A stretch of 64,000 bases of DNA from Pseudomonas sp. Its GTDB lineage: Bacteria; Pseudomonadota; Gammaproteobacteria; Pseudomonadales; Pseudomonadaceae. Location of the stretch: contig NZ_DATMIV010000018.1 in NCBI RefSeq assembly GCF_035554175.1, forward strand, positions 84,076 to 148,075, written 5' to 3'. The notes below the pieces were generated by a model, which was not told where the DNA came from, did not search any database, and saw only the letters and a program-made list of their open reading frames with translations. Each line of letters starts with the position of its first letter. Position 1 is the first letter of the stretch. The position numbers and the translations under genes are program-made. Shown here one piece after another: positions 48,025 to 58,465 of this stretch.

Positions 48025-49973
48025 CAATGCACCTCCGCAGGTTCACGTTTGGCCGGGGTGGCAGGCTTGCTCGGCGCGGCATCTTCGAGCAACGCGTCGG
48101 CCACCAGTTCGGCGATGTCCTTGATCAGCGGACGCGGTTCGACCACACCTTCAAGCATCGCCGTGCACTGTGGACAACCCACCGCCACCAGTTCGGCGCC
48201 GGTCTCGCGGATGTCTTCCATGCGCATGTCGGGGATACGCTGCTTGCCCGGAATATCAGTGATCGGCGCACCGCCGCCACCGCCGCAGCAACGCGAACGG
48301 AAGCCGGAACGCTGCATCTCTTTGACTTCAATGCCGAGCGCGCGCAGCACTTCACGCGGCGCCTCATACTCGCCGTTGTAGCGGCCGAGGTAGCAAGGAT
48401 CGTGATAGGTCACGCTGTTGCCTTTGTGCTGCCCCAGAGCAAGCGCGCCGGCCTGGATGATCTCGGCCATGTAGGTGCTGTGATGCTGCACCAGGTAGTT
48501 GCCGTCGAAGGCACCGTACTCGTTTTTCAGCACATGGAAACTGTGCGGATCGCAGGTGACGATGCGGTTGAAGCTGTACTTGGCCAGGGTCTGGATGTTG
48601 CGCCTGGCGAGCAGCTGGAACGTCGCTTCATCGCCCAGACGCCGCGCCACATCACCGCTGTCGCGCTCTTCGAGGCCGAGCACGGCGAAGTCGATCTTCG
48701 CCGCCTTCAGCACTTTGACGAAGGCGCGCAGGGTGCGCTGGTTGCGCATGTCGAAGGCGCCGTCGCCAACCCAGAACAGCACGTCGGTGGATTTCTTCTC
48801 GCTGAGCAGGTTGAGGTTCAGATCCGCTGCCCAGTTCATCCGCCCGCCCGGAGCGAAACCGCCGGGGTTGTCAGTGGCGATCAGGTTTTCGAGGACTTCG
48901 GCGCCCTTGTTCGGCGTCGCGCCTTTTTCCAGGGTCAGGTGACGGCGCATGTCGACGATCGCATCGACATGCTCGATCATCATCGGGCATTCCTCGACAC
49001 AGGCACGGCAGGTGGTGCACGACCACAGGGTTTCGGCGTCGACCAGACCGTTGACGATCGGCTGATGCGGATTGCCGCCGTGTTCGCCCACAGGTTTGCC
49101 CGGATAGGGGCTGCCGGCAAACTTCGCATCGGTGCCGCCCGCGAGGCCGACGACCATGTCCTGAATCAGTTTTTTCGGATTCAACGGCTGGCCGGCGGCG
49201 AAGGCCGGGCACGCCGCTTCGCACTTGCCGCACTGCACACAGGCGTCGAAACCGAGCAGTTGGTTCCAAGTGAAATCCTTGGGTTTTTCCACGCCCAGCG
49301 GCGCATCGGGATTGTTCAGGTCCAGCGGTTTCAAACCGGTCGAGCGCCCGCCACCAAAACGTTCCGGGCGACGGTGCCAGGCAAGGTGCAGGGCACCGGC
49401 AAAGGCGTGCTTCATCGGCCCGCCCCAGGTCATGCCGAAGAACAGTTCCGACACGCCCCACAGCACGCCGACACCGAGAATCGCTGCGAGCACCCAGCCG
49501 CCGAAGTTTTCCGGGAGGATCCCCGCCACCGGCAAGGTCACCAGGAAAAACGAAGCCGAGAACGCCAGCAGGCTTTTCGGCAGGCGCATCCACGGGCCTT
49601 TCGACAGACGCGCTGGCGGGTTGATGCGGCGCAGGTACATGAAGATCGCGCCGACGAACATCACCGCCGACATCAGCAGCAAGGCGTAGCCGAGGATGCG
49701 GTTGTGCAGGCCAAAACCGTGCACCAGAATGGCCAGCACGATCGACGCCACCGCACCGCCCGCCGTGGCGACGTGGGTATTGGCAATGTATTTGTCCCGC
49801 GCCACCACATGGTGCAAGTCGACCATGTAGCGCTTGGGCATGGCCAGCAGACCGCCGAGCAGATCGACCTTCGCCGCCCGCCCCCGGCGCCACATGTTCA
49901 TCCGCCGCAGCGCGCCAAGGACAGCAAGGCCCAGAGCCGCGAACAACAGGATTGGAAGAAGGGTGTTCAACAT
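48024..49973 (-). CDS. dgcB: dimethylglycine demethylase subunit DgcB (membrane-anchored Fe-S / CCG-domain protein)
   Basis: N-terminal TM helices, two 4Fe-4S motifs (CVQCGKCEAACP, CTTCRACVEECP), and CCG domains. Start set at MLNTLLPILLF (ATG 49973), past the REP. Confidence 0.85.
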   Translation of the reverse strand: MLNTLLPILLFAALGLAVLGALRRMNMWRRGRAAKVDLLGGLLAMPKRYMVDLHHVVARDKYIANTHVATAGGAVASIVLAILVHGFGLHNRILGYALLLMSAVMFVGAIFMYLRRINPPARLSKGPWMRLPKSLLAFSASFFLVTLPVAGILPENFGGWVLAAILGVGVLWGVSELFFGMTWGGPMKHAFAGALHLAWHRRPERFGGGRSTGLKPLDLNNPDAPLGVEKPKDFTWNQLLGFDACVQCGKCEAACPAFAAGQPLNPKKLIQDMVVGLAGGTDAKFAGSPYPGKPVGEHGGNPHQPIVNGLVDAETLWSCTTCRACVEECPMMIEHVDAIVDMRRHLTLEKGATPNKGAEVLENLIATDNPGGFAPGGRMNWAADLNLNLLSEKKSTDVLFWVGDGAFDMRNQRTLRAFVKVLKAAKIDFAVLGLEERDSGDVARRLGDEATFQLLARRNIQTLAKYSFNRIVTCDPHSFHVLKNEYGAFDGNYLVQHHSTYMAEIIQAGALALGQHKGNSVTYHDPCYLGRYNGEYEAPREVLRALGIEVKEMQRSGFRSRCCGGGGGAPITDIPGKQRIPDMRMEDIRETGAELVAVGCPQCTAMLEGVVEPRPLIKDIAELVADALLEDAAPSKPATPAKREPAEVH

Positions 49974-50031
49974 AGGTGTTGCTCCCAAAGACCTCGGGGT
50001 CATTTGTGCGCTGGCAAGAGCAACGCACCTA

Positions 50032-50166
50032 CCTGTGGCGAGGGAGCTTGCTCCCGCTGGAGTGCGAAGCGCTCCCAATACAGTCGCCGGTATATGCCTG
50101 ATACACCGCGACTACAGATTTGGGGCCGCTTCGCAGCCCAGCGGGAGCAAGCTCCCTCGCCACAGG
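50032..50166. repeat. REPIN, family C
   Basis: Arms at 50032-50060 and 50138-50166. Confidence 0.85.
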
Positions 50167-50184
50167 TGATCGTGGTGATGCCGT

Positions 50185-52245
50185 TTAGAAATCCTTGCAC
50201 AGCCGCAAGGCGTCATAGATCGCGGCGTGGGTATTACGCTGCGCCACGCAGTCGCCGATGCGGAACAGCAAGTAGCCGTCGCCCGCCTCGCTCAGCGACG
50301 GTTGCGGCTGGATCGCAAACAGCGCTTCGACGTCGATCTGGCCCTTGTTGCGCGAGCCGTCCTTGAGGGCGTAGTAGATTTCCTCGTCCGGGCGCACGCC
50401 GTTTTCGACGACCACCTGATCGACCACCCGCTCCTCTTTCGCGCCGGTGTATTCGTTCTCCAGCACCGCCACCAGTTTGTCGCCTTCGCGGTAGACCTTC
50501 TCCAGCATCATGTCGCCGGTCATGATCACTTCTTTCGGATACATGCTGCGGTAGTAGGTCGGAAACGACGTGCCGCCGATGGCCACGCCCGGTTTGATGT
50601 CATCGGTGACGATCTCGACCTGGCTGCCCTTGTCGGCAAGGAAGTCGGCCACCGACATCCCGGTGAACTCGCAGATGGTGTCGTAGACCAGCACGTTCTT
50701 GCCCGGCGCAACCTTGCCGTCGAGCACGTCCCAGCTGCTGACCACCAGCCCTTCGGCGGCGCCCCAGTGTTCGTTCTGCTCAAGGTACGGATGTCCACCG
50801 ACCGCCAGCACCACGACATCCGGACGCAGGTCCATGATGGTGTCGGCATCCGCCGCCGTGCCCAGGCGCAGATCGACTTTCAGCCGCGCCAGTTCCAGCT
50901 GGAACCAGCGGGTGATGCCGGCAATCTGATCGCGCTGCGGCGCTTTCGATGCAGTAGTGATCTGCCCGCCGATAAAGTCTTTTTTCTCGAACAGGGTCAC
51001 GTCGTGGCCACGCTCGGCGGCCACGCGTGCCGCTTCCATTCCGGCCGGGCCGGCACCGACGATCACCACCTTGCGTTTCGGCCCGGTGGATTTCTCGATG
51101 ATGTGCGGCACGCCCATGTACTCACGGGAGGTCGCGGCGTTCTGGATGCACAGCACATCCAGGCCCTGGTACTGGCGGTCGATGCAGTAGTTGGCGCCGA
51201 CACACTGCTTGATCTGATCGATCTGGCCCATCTTGATCTTGGCGATCAGGTGCGGGTCAGCGATGTGCGCACGGGTCATGCCGACCATGTCGACGTAACC
51301 GCCCTCGAGAATCCGCGTGGCCTGGTTCGGGTCCTTGATGTTCTGCGCGTGCAGTACCGGCACCTTGACCACTTCCTTGATCCCGGCGGCCAGGTGCAGA
51401 AACGGCTCCGGTGGATAACTCATGTTCGGAATGACGTTGGCCAGGGTGTTGTGGGTATCGCACCCCGAACCGACGACGCCGATGAAATCGAGCATGCCGG
51501 TGTCGTCGTAATACTTGGCGATCTGCTTCATGTCTTCGTGAGACAGACCGTCCGGGTGGAACTCGTCACCGCAGATACGCATGCCCACGCAGAAGTCGTC
51601 ACCGACCTCGGCGCGCACCGCTTTCAAGACTTCCAGACCGAACTTCATCCGGCCTTCGAAGCTGCCGCCCCATTCGTCGGTGCGCTTGTTGACACGCGGG
51701 CTCCAGAACTGGTCGATCATGTGCTGGTGCACGGCCGACAGCTCAACGCCGTCCAGACCACCGGCCTTGGCCCGGCGCGCGGCCTGGGCGTAGTTGCCGA
51801 TCACCCGCCAGATCTCTTCCGGCTCGATGGTCTTGCAGGTGGCGCGGTGCACCGGTTCACGGATGCCCGACGGCGACATCAGGGTTGGCCAGTGGAAACC
51901 GTCCCAGCGCGAGCGGCGGCCCATGTGGGTAATCTGGATCATGATCTTGGCGCCATGCTTGTGCATGGCGTCGGCGAGATTCTGAAAGTGCGGAATGATC
52001 CGGTCGGTCGACAGGTTGACCGAACTCCACCATTGCTGCGGGCTGTCGATGGCGACCACCGACGAACCGCCGCAGATGGCCAGGCCGATGCCGCCCTTGG
52101 CTTTCTCTTCGTAGTATTTGACGTAGCGCTCGGTGGTCATGCCGCCGTCAGTCGCGTAGACCTCGGCGTGCGCGGTGCTGAGCACGCGGTTGCGGATGGT
52201 CAGTTTGCCAATTTGAATTGGCTGGAACATTGCTTCGAAAGCCAT
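50185..52245 (-). CDS. dgcA: dimethylglycine demethylase subunit DgcA (OYE-like FMN domain plus FAD/NAD domain)
   Basis: 686 aa starting MAFEAMFQPIQIGKLTIRNRVLSTAH; a second Rossmann motif, VVIVGAGPAGMEAA. Confidence 0.9.
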   Translation of the reverse strand: MAFEAMFQPIQIGKLTIRNRVLSTAHAEVYATDGGMTTERYVKYYEEKAKGGIGLAICGGSSVVAIDSPQQWWSSVNLSTDRIIPHFQNLADAMHKHGAKIMIQITHMGRRSRWDGFHWPTLMSPSGIREPVHRATCKTIEPEEIWRVIGNYAQAARRAKAGGLDGVELSAVHQHMIDQFWSPRVNKRTDEWGGSFEGRMKFGLEVLKAVRAEVGDDFCVGMRICGDEFHPDGLSHEDMKQIAKYYDDTGMLDFIGVVGSGCDTHNTLANVIPNMSYPPEPFLHLAAGIKEVVKVPVLHAQNIKDPNQATRILEGGYVDMVGMTRAHIADPHLIAKIKMGQIDQIKQCVGANYCIDRQYQGLDVLCIQNAATSREYMGVPHIIEKSTGPKRKVVIVGAGPAGMEAARVAAERGHDVTLFEKKDFIGGQITTASKAPQRDQIAGITRWFQLELARLKVDLRLGTAADADTIMDLRPDVVVLAVGGHPYLEQNEHWGAAEGLVVSSWDVLDGKVAPGKNVLVYDTICEFTGMSVADFLADKGSQVEIVTDDIKPGVAIGGTSFPTYYRSMYPKEVIMTGDMMLEKVYREGDKLVAVLENEYTGAKEERVVDQVVVENGVRPDEEIYYALKDGSRNKGQIDVEALFAIQPQPSLSEAGDGYLLFRIGDCVAQRNTHAAIYDALRLCKDF

Positions 52246-52260
52246 GGCGGGTTCCTCGAC

Positions 52261-52791
52261 TTACAACGGCTTGACGATGAACAGGCCGTCATCGTGGCCC
52301 TCTTCGGAGCCTCCGTAGACTTGTTCGGCCACAGTACGAATCTGGCTGCCACGGGCTTCGAGAATCTGATCCATGGCCCCGGCAAACCAGCCGGTGAACA
52401 TGTAGTCGACCTTGCGCCCGACTTTGCCGTAGACATACACAAATGCGGAGTGCTCAAGCTTGACGCTGGCGGTGCCTTTGTCCAGATCGATGTCCTGAAT
52501 CTTGAACAGGCCCCAGCCGCGCTGCGACAGGCGCTTCATGTAGTGCTCGAACACCGCGATGCCTTCCAGGCCGTGGCATTCGGCTTCCTTTTCGCACCAG
52601 TGCCAGGCGGATTTGTAGCCGGCCTTGTAGAGGATTTCCGCATAGGCTTCGGCGCCCAGCACTTCCTCGATGCCCATGTGGTTGTTGACAAAAAAGTGAC
52701 GCGGCACATAGAGCATTGGCAGGGCGTCGGAGGTCCAGACACCGGTCTCGCTGTCGACTTCGATAGGCAATTGCGGGGCGATCTTGGCCAT
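52261..52791 (-). CDS. conserved protein of the dgc operon (PA5397-like)
   Basis: 176-aa ORF with good coding character, tightly packed between the dipeptidase-like gene and dgcA. Function unknown. Confidence 0.7.
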   Translation of the reverse strand: MAKIAPQLPIEVDSETGVWTSDALPMLYVPRHFFVNNHMGIEEVLGAEAYAEILYKAGYKSAWHWCEKEAECHGLEGIAVFEHYMKRLSQRGWGLFKIQDIDLDKGTASVKLEHSAFVYVYGKVGRKVDYMFTGWFAGAMDQILEARGSQIRTVAEQVYGGSEEGHDDGLFIVKPL

Positions 52792-52869
52792 GGAAACTTA
52801 ACTCCAGAAAATTTTGTGTGTTGCCCCCGGCGCGGATGGCCGGGAGAAAGAATTCAGAAGTGCGGCGGC

Positions 52870-53847
52870 TTATTCGCCCCAGACATCTTTCAGAACGTTC
52901 ACCCAGTTCTCACCCATGATCTTGCGCACCACACGCTCGGAATGGCCGCGCTTGAGCAGGGTTTCGGTGAGGTTGGGGAATTCGCCGACCGTGCGGATGC
53001 CCAGCGGGTTGATGATCTTGCCGAAGCTGGTCAGGCGGCGGGCGTAGCCTTTGTCGTGGGTCAGGTATTCGAAGAAATCCTGGCCGTGACCCTGGGTGAA
53101 ATCGGTGCCGATGCCGATGGCGTCTTCGCCGACGATGTTCATGGTGTATTCGATGGCTTCGGCGTAATCGTCGATGGTCGAATCGATGCCCTTGGCGAGG
53201 AACGGCGCAAACATGGTCACGCCGACGAAACCGCCGTGGTCGGCAATGAACTTCAGTTCCGCGTCAGACTTGTTGCGCGGGTGCTCTTTGAGACCCGACG
53301 GCAGGCAGTGGGAATAGCACACCGGTTTTTTCGACTCGAGGATGACTTCTTCGGAAGTCTTGGAACCGACGTGGGACAGGTCGCACATGACGCCGACGCG
53401 GTTCATCTCGGCAACGATTTCGCGCCCGAAACCCGACAGGCCGCCGTCGCGTTCGTAGCAACCGGTGCCGACCAGATTCTGGGTGTTGTAGCACATCTGC
53501 ACGATACCGACGCCGAGCTGCTTGAACACCTCGACATAGCCGATCTGGTCTTCGAACGCGTGGGCATTCTGGAAGCCGAAGAGAATGCCGGTCTTGCCCT
53601 GCTCCTTGGCGCGACGGATGTCGGCGGTAGTACGCACCGGCATCACCAGGTCGCTGTTTTCGCGGATCAGCTTCTGGCTGGCAGCAATGTTGTTCACGGT
53701 CGCCTGAAAGCCTTCCCACACCGACACAGTGCAGTTGGCTGCCGTCAGACCGCCCTTGCGCATGTCTTCGAACAGCTCGCGGTTCCATTTGGCAATGATC
53801 AGACCGTCGATAACGATGCTGTCGGCGTGTAATTCGGCTGGGCTCAT
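52870..53847 (-). CDS. M19 (renal/membrane) dipeptidase-family protein (PA5396-like)
   Basis: Start set at MSPAELHADSIVIDGL (ATG 53847). Contains LGVGIVQMCYN and CDLSHVG motifs. Confidence 0.85.
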   Translation of the reverse strand: MSPAELHADSIVIDGLIIAKWNRELFEDMRKGGLTAANCTVSVWEGFQATVNNIAASQKLIRENSDLVMPVRTTADIRRAKEQGKTGILFGFQNAHAFEDQIGYVEVFKQLGVGIVQMCYNTQNLVGTGCYERDGGLSGFGREIVAEMNRVGVMCDLSHVGSKTSEEVILESKKPVCYSHCLPSGLKEHPRNKSDAELKFIADHGGFVGVTMFAPFLAKGIDSTIDDYAEAIEYTMNIVGEDAIGIGTDFTQGHGQDFFEYLTHDKGYARRLTSFGKIINPLGIRTVGEFPNLTETLLKRGHSERVVRKIMGENWVNVLKDVWGE

Positions 53848-54078
53848 CAGGCGTCCCCTTATTGGCGATTCATGCGCCGAATCGTCTGCCGGCGCTTTGG
53901 GGCCAGCATATGCCTCGGTGCCGGGGCGACCGGGTGCAAAAACGACAGGGGAATTGCCGAAAGCGTCAATCCGCGACAAAGGGTCGTCGGCCGCCCTCCT
54001 CCGCTGGCTGTTCAAGCCCGCGCGCTTGCGCCAGAATCTGCCGCAGCCTGCACACACCAACGGATTAGAGCGACCCCC

Positions 54079-54480
54079 ATGAAATCAATGTTCCTCGCCC
54101 TGGCACTGATTGCGACCGGCGTCCACGCCGCCGAAGAATCCGAGAACAACCCGTGCGACGCGGTGGAAAACGACATCCAGACCCTGGAATGCTCGACCTA
54201 CAGCCGCACCACCGCCGAAGACCTGCTCAAGGACAACTACGCCAGCCTGACCGAACGCATGCAGGCCGCGTACGGCAAGAACCCGACGCAACTGGCCGAC
54301 ATCACCGCCAAACTGAAAACCGCCCAGCAACAATGGCTGAAAACCCGCGATGCCGATTGCGCGGTGGAAGCGTTTCCTGCGACGGCGGGGAGTAAAGCGT
54401 TCACCATTGCGCAGAATGATTGTGTGGCGCGGATGAGTGACGAGCGGTCGGAGTTTTTGGAGTCGATTGGGCAGGAATAA
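54079..54480 (+). CDS. LprI/DUF1311-family periplasmic protein
   Basis: Signal peptide MKSMFLALALIATGVHA and the QQQWLKTRDADC signature. Confidence 0.7.
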   Translation: MKSMFLALALIATGVHAAEESENNPCDAVENDIQTLECSTYSRTTAEDLLKDNYASLTERMQAAYGKNPTQLADITAKLKTAQQQWLKTRDADCAVEAFPATAGSKAFTIAQNDCVARMSDERSEFLESIGQE

Positions 54481-54498
54481 GATACAAAGGATAAATCA

Positions 54499-54717
54499 AT
54501 GATTCCTCATGAAGTGGTCAGCCAAATGGTTGACGGCGCGACACCGATCCGTGCTTGGCGCGAACATCTCAACCTGACGCAGGAAGAAGTGGCGAAGCGC
54601 ATGGGCATCTCGCAACCGGCGTTTGCCCAGCAGGAAACAGTCGCCAAGCCGCGCAAGGCCACCCGCGAGAAAATTGCCGCCGCGTTCGGCATCACAGCCA
54701 GTCAGCTTGAGCTGTAG
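54499..54717 (+). CDS. XRE-family helix-turn-helix protein (72 aa, antitoxin-like)
   Basis: AAGGA-N8-ATG. HTH segment LTQEEVAKRMGISQPAFAQQE. Confidence 0.75.
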   Translation: MIPHEVVSQMVDGATPIRAWREHLNLTQEEVAKRMGISQPAFAQQETVAKPRKATREKIAAAFGITASQLEL

Positions 54718-54745
54718 GCTGCCCTCTTTATTCAAAGGAATTCCC

Positions 54746-55162
54746 ATGAACATCTGCGGCATTGAAATCAAAGGCAGCGAAGCGATCATCGCCGTGGCGG
54801 CGCTCGACGGTTCGACCTTGAGCCACGTCCCTCTCGCCACGAAGAAGATTGCTCTGGATGACGATGACGAGGCGGCGAACGTGCGGCGGTTCGCGGCGCA
54901 GGTGGCGTCGTTCGTGCGGGAGAACTCGGTGGACCGGATTGCGATCAAGAAGCGCAGCAAGAAGGGTGAGTTTGCCGGTGGGCCGACGACGTTCAAGATC
55001 GAGGGCGTGTTTCAGTTGCTTGATGGTTGTGAGGTGACGCTGTTGTCGCCGCAGACGATCAATGCTCAGGCGAAGAAGCACAATTTCGAGCTGCCGGGGA
55101 CGTTGAACAAGTATCAGCATGAGGCGTACAAGGCGGCGTGTTCGGCGTTGGTGAAGAAGTAA
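54746..55162 (+). CDS. DUF3010-like protein (138 aa)
   Basis: AAGGA-N6-ATG, 28 nt after the HTH gene. Starts MNICGIEIKGSEAIIAVAALDG. Family call is from memory. Confidence 0.65.
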   Translation: MNICGIEIKGSEAIIAVAALDGSTLSHVPLATKKIALDDDDEAANVRRFAAQVASFVRENSVDRIAIKKRSKKGEFAGGPTTFKIEGVFQLLDGCEVTLLSPQTINAQAKKHNFELPGTLNKYQHEAYKAACSALVKK

Positions 55163-55187
55163 CCCTCTCTCAGGCGCCGGAAATTAA

Positions 55188-55279
55188 ATGTGGGAGCGAG
55201 CCTGCTCGCGAATGCAATGTGTCAGGCAACACCATTGTTGAATGACAGACCGCATTCGCGAGCAGGCTCGCTCCCACAT
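55188..55279. repeat. REPIN, family A
   Basis: Arms at 55188-55212 and 55254-55279. Confidence 0.9.
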
Positions 55280-55288
55280 TTGTTTCAT

Positions 55289-56233
55289 TCAGGCCTGCGC
55301 GGTACGCCGATCCTCGCGCGGGCAGCGGGCAAACCTGGCGCGATAGCTGCGCGTAAAATACGACGGTGACTCGAAGCCACAGGCAATGCTGACTTCGAGC
55401 ACGCTCATGTCGGTCTGGCGCAACAGCTGCCGAGCCTTTTCCAGCCTTAACCGCAGATAAAAATTGCTCGGCGTATCGTTCAGGTGCAGCCGGAACAAGC
55501 GCTCCAGCTGCCGCCGCGTCACCTTGATCGACTCCGCCAGCTGCAGCGTGGTCAGCGGCGGTTCGCTGTGCTGTTCCATCTCGCCGATCACCTGCACCAG
55601 TTTCTTGTTGCTGATGCCGTAGCGCGTGGCGACTTCCATGCGCTGGTGGTCTTTGCGCGGGCGGATGCGCCCGAGCACAAACTGCTCGCTGACCTGAATC
55701 GCCAGTTGCGGGCCGTGAGCCTGGGCGATCAGGTCGAGCATCAGATCAATCGACGCCGTGCCACCGGCCGAAGTGATCCGCCGCCGGTCAATCTCGAACA
55801 GCTCCTGGGTGACGCTGAGCTGTGGATAAGACTCCCTGAACGCATCAATCGCCTCCCAGTGCAGAGTCAGGCGATGGCCATCGAGCAGGCCTGCTTCGGC
55901 GAGGACGAAGCTGCCGGTGTCGATGGCGCCGAGGGTCACGCCGTCCTTGTCCAGCCTGCGCAACCAATGCTCCAGTGTCGGCGTGATGAATTTCAGCGGT
56001 TCGAACCCGGCCACCACCAACAACGTCGCGCCTTTCTTCAGCGGCTCCAGCGCCGCATCGGCGTTGACCGACATGCCATTGCTTGCCAGTACCGCGCCGC
56101 CATCGGCGCTGAGCACATGCCAGCGGTACAGCTCGCCGCGAAAGCGGTTGGCCACACGCAGCGGTTCGATGGCGGAGATAAAGCCGATGGCAGAAAACCC
56201 CGGCATCAGCAAAAAGTAGAAATCCTGGGACAT
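55289..56233 (-). CDS. cdhR: AraC-family regulator with GATase1/DJ-1-like sensor domain, CdhR-like (carnitine catabolism)
   Basis: Start set at MSQDFYFLLMPGFSAIGF. C-terminal AraC HTH. Divergent from caiX-cdhCAB, as described for P. aeruginosa. Confidence 0.7.
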   Translation of the reverse strand: MSQDFYFLLMPGFSAIGFISAIEPLRVANRFRGELYRWHVLSADGGAVLASNGMSVNADAALEPLKKGATLLVVAGFEPLKFITPTLEHWLRRLDKDGVTLGAIDTGSFVLAEAGLLDGHRLTLHWEAIDAFRESYPQLSVTQELFEIDRRRITSAGGTASIDLMLDLIAQAHGPQLAIQVSEQFVLGRIRPRKDHQRMEVATRYGISNKKLVQVIGEMEQHSEPPLTTLQLAESIKVTRRQLERLFRLHLNDTPSNFYLRLRLEKARQLLRQTDMSVLEVSIACGFESPSYFTRSYRARFARCPREDRRTAQA

Positions 56234-56424
56234 GGACGCACTCGGTTGGCGGACGCGTGGCTCGTTGATACGCCGATTGTCGGCGCCGTTCAAGCGTGCA
56301 GGTCGCTACAGTGCAAATGCCAGTCGCCGCAGTGCGTTTTCATGGGCGTATAGCTGCGTAACTTTGCATCACCGGCACGCCAGATGCCGGAACTCACAAT
56401 AAACGACCTGCCGAGGAACCCGAC

Positions 56425-57369
56425 ATGAAACGACTGATCAGCAGCTGTGTTCTTGCACTCAGCGGTACCGCTTTCTTCAGCGCCGGCGTCATGGCCGCCG
56501 AACCCGCATCCTGCAAGAACGTACGCATGGGCGTGGTCAACTGGACCGACGTGATCGCCACCAGTGCCATGACTCAGGTCCTGCTCGACGGCCTCGGCTA
56601 CAACACCAAACAGACCAGCGCCTCCCAGCAAATCATCTTCGCCGGGATTCGCGATCAGCGGCTGGACCTGTTCCTCGGCTACTGGAATCCGCTGATGACC
56701 CAGACCATTACCCCGTTCGTCGAGGCCAATCAGGTAAAAGTGCTCGATGCACCAAGCCTGAAAGATGCCCGCGCCACCCTCGCCGTGCCAACGTATCTGG
56801 CCGACAAGGGCCTGAAAACCTTCGCCGACATCGCCAAGTTCGAGAAAGAACTGGGCGGCAAGATCTACGGCATCGAGCCAGGCTCGGGCGCCAACACGCA
56901 GATCAAGGCGATGATCGCCAAGAACCAGTTCGGTCTGGGCAAATTCCAGCTTGTCGAATCGAGCGAGGCCGGCATGCTCGCCGCCGTCGACCGCGCCGTG
57001 CGCCGCAAGGAAGCCGTGGTGTTCTTCGGCTGGGCGCCGCACCCGATGAACGTCAACATCCAGATGACCTATCTGACCGGCAGCGAAGATGCCCTCGGCC
57101 CGAACGAGGGCATGGCCACGGTGTGGACGGTCACTTCACCGAAATACGCCGAGCAGTGCCCGAACATCGGCCGCCTGCTGACCAACCTGACCTTCACCGC
57201 CGAAGCCGAGAGCCGGATGATGCAGCCGCTGCTCGATCACAAGGACGCCTTTGAATCGGCGAAGCAGTGGCTCAAGGATCACCCCGAAGACAAACAGCGC
57301 TGGCTCGAAGGTGTGACGACTTTCGATGGCAAACCGGCGGCTGAAAACCTGCAGTTGACCAGCAAATAA
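56425..57369 (+). CDS. caiX: periplasmic glycine betaine/carnitine-binding protein
   Basis: Signal peptide and OpuAC-type binding protein (VNWTDVIATS, YWNP). First gene of the cdh operon. Confidence 0.75.
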   Translation: MKRLISSCVLALSGTAFFSAGVMAAEPASCKNVRMGVVNWTDVIATSAMTQVLLDGLGYNTKQTSASQQIIFAGIRDQRLDLFLGYWNPLMTQTITPFVEANQVKVLDAPSLKDARATLAVPTYLADKGLKTFADIAKFEKELGGKIYGIEPGSGANTQIKAMIAKNQFGLGKFQLVESSEAGMLAAVDRAVRRKEAVVFFGWAPHPMNVNIQMTYLTGSEDALGPNEGMATVWTVTSPKYAEQCPNIGRLLTNLTFTAEAESRMMQPLLDHKDAFESAKQWLKDHPEDKQRWLEGVTTFDGKPAAENLQLTSK

Positions 57370-57443
57370 CTCACCACGAATTGACGCTTCGCAGCCCCGC
57401 AACGGGCTGCGGACAGACCCATCACGCCTGAAGGAAACGCACC

Positions 57444-58331
57444 ATGAACCACGACGTCATCATCACCTGCGCACTTACCGGTGCTGGCGACACGACCGCC
57501 AAGAGCCCGCATGTGCCGGTCACCCCGAAACAGATCGCCGCCGCAGCGGTGGAAGCCGCCAAGGCCGGCGCCACCGTGGTGCACTGCCATGTGCGCGATC
57601 CGCAGACCGGCAAGTTCAGCCGCGACGTCGCGTTGTACCGCGAAGTCATGGAGCGCATCCGTGAGGCGGACGTCGACATCATCGTCAACCTCACCGCCGG
57701 CATGGGCGGCGACCTGGAAATCGGTGCCGGCGAAAACCCGATGGAGTTTGGCCCGAACACCGACCTGGTCGGGCCGTTGACCCGCCTGGCGCACGTGGAA
57801 GAACTGCTGCCGGAAATCTGCACCCTCGATTGCGGCACGCTGAATTTCGGCGACGGCGACACCATTTACGTCTCCACGCCGGCGCAACTGCGCGCCGGCG
57901 CCAAGCGCATTACCGAGCTGGGCGTGAAAGCCGAGCTGGAGATCTTCGACACCGGGCATCTGTGGTTCGCCAAGCAGATGATCAAGGAAGGCTTGCTCGA
58001 CAACCCGCTGTTCCAGCTGTGCCTGGGTATCCCTTGGGGCGCGCCGGCCGACACCACGACCATGAAGGCCATGGTCGACAACCTGCCGGCCGATGCGGTG
58101 TGGGCCGGATTCGGCATTGGCCGCATGCAGATGCCGATGGCGGCGCAAGCGGTGCTGCTCGGCGGCAACGTGCGGGTCGGGCTGGAGGACAACCTGTGGC
58201 TGGACAAAGGCGTACTCGCGACCAATGGGCAATTGGTTGAGCGTGCCACGGAGATCCTCAGCCGCCTCGGCGCCCGCGTGCTCACACCGGCAGAAGGCCG
58301 CAGGAAAATGGGCCTGACCCAGCGCGGCTGA
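57444..58331 (+). CDS. cdhC: beta-keto acid cleavage enzyme (BKACE), dehydrocarnitine cleavage
   Basis: [17 protein letters not shown]...VVHCHVRDP is typical of BKACE/DUF849 proteins. Confidence 0.8.
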   Translation: MNHDVIITCALTGAGDTTAKSPHVPVTPKQIAAAAVEAAKAGATVVHCHVRDPQTGKFSRDVALYREVMERIREADVDIIVNLTAGMGGDLEIGAGENPMEFGPNTDLVGPLTRLAHVEELLPEICTLDCGTLNFGDGDTIYVSTPAQLRAGAKRITELGVKAELEIFDTGHLWFAKQMIKEGLLDNPLFQLCLGIPWGAPADTTTMKAMVDNLPADAVWAGFGIGRMQMPMAAQAVLLGGNVRVGLEDNLWLDKGVLATNGQLVERATEILSRLGARVLTPAEGRRKMGLTQRG

Positions 58332-58349
58332 CTCCATCACCCACTTCAT

Positions 58350-58438
58350 CTGTAGGAGCTGCCGAAGGCTGCGATCTTTTGACTTTGATTTTCTAAAAGC
58401 AAGATCAAAAGATCGCAGCCTTCGGCAGCTCCTACAGG
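58350..58438. repeat. REPIN, family B
   Basis: Arms at 58350-58382 and 58403-58438, inside the cdhC/cdhA operon gap. Confidence 0.9.
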
Positions 58439-58465
58439 GTTCTTCGAACTCTTCAGGACATCGCC

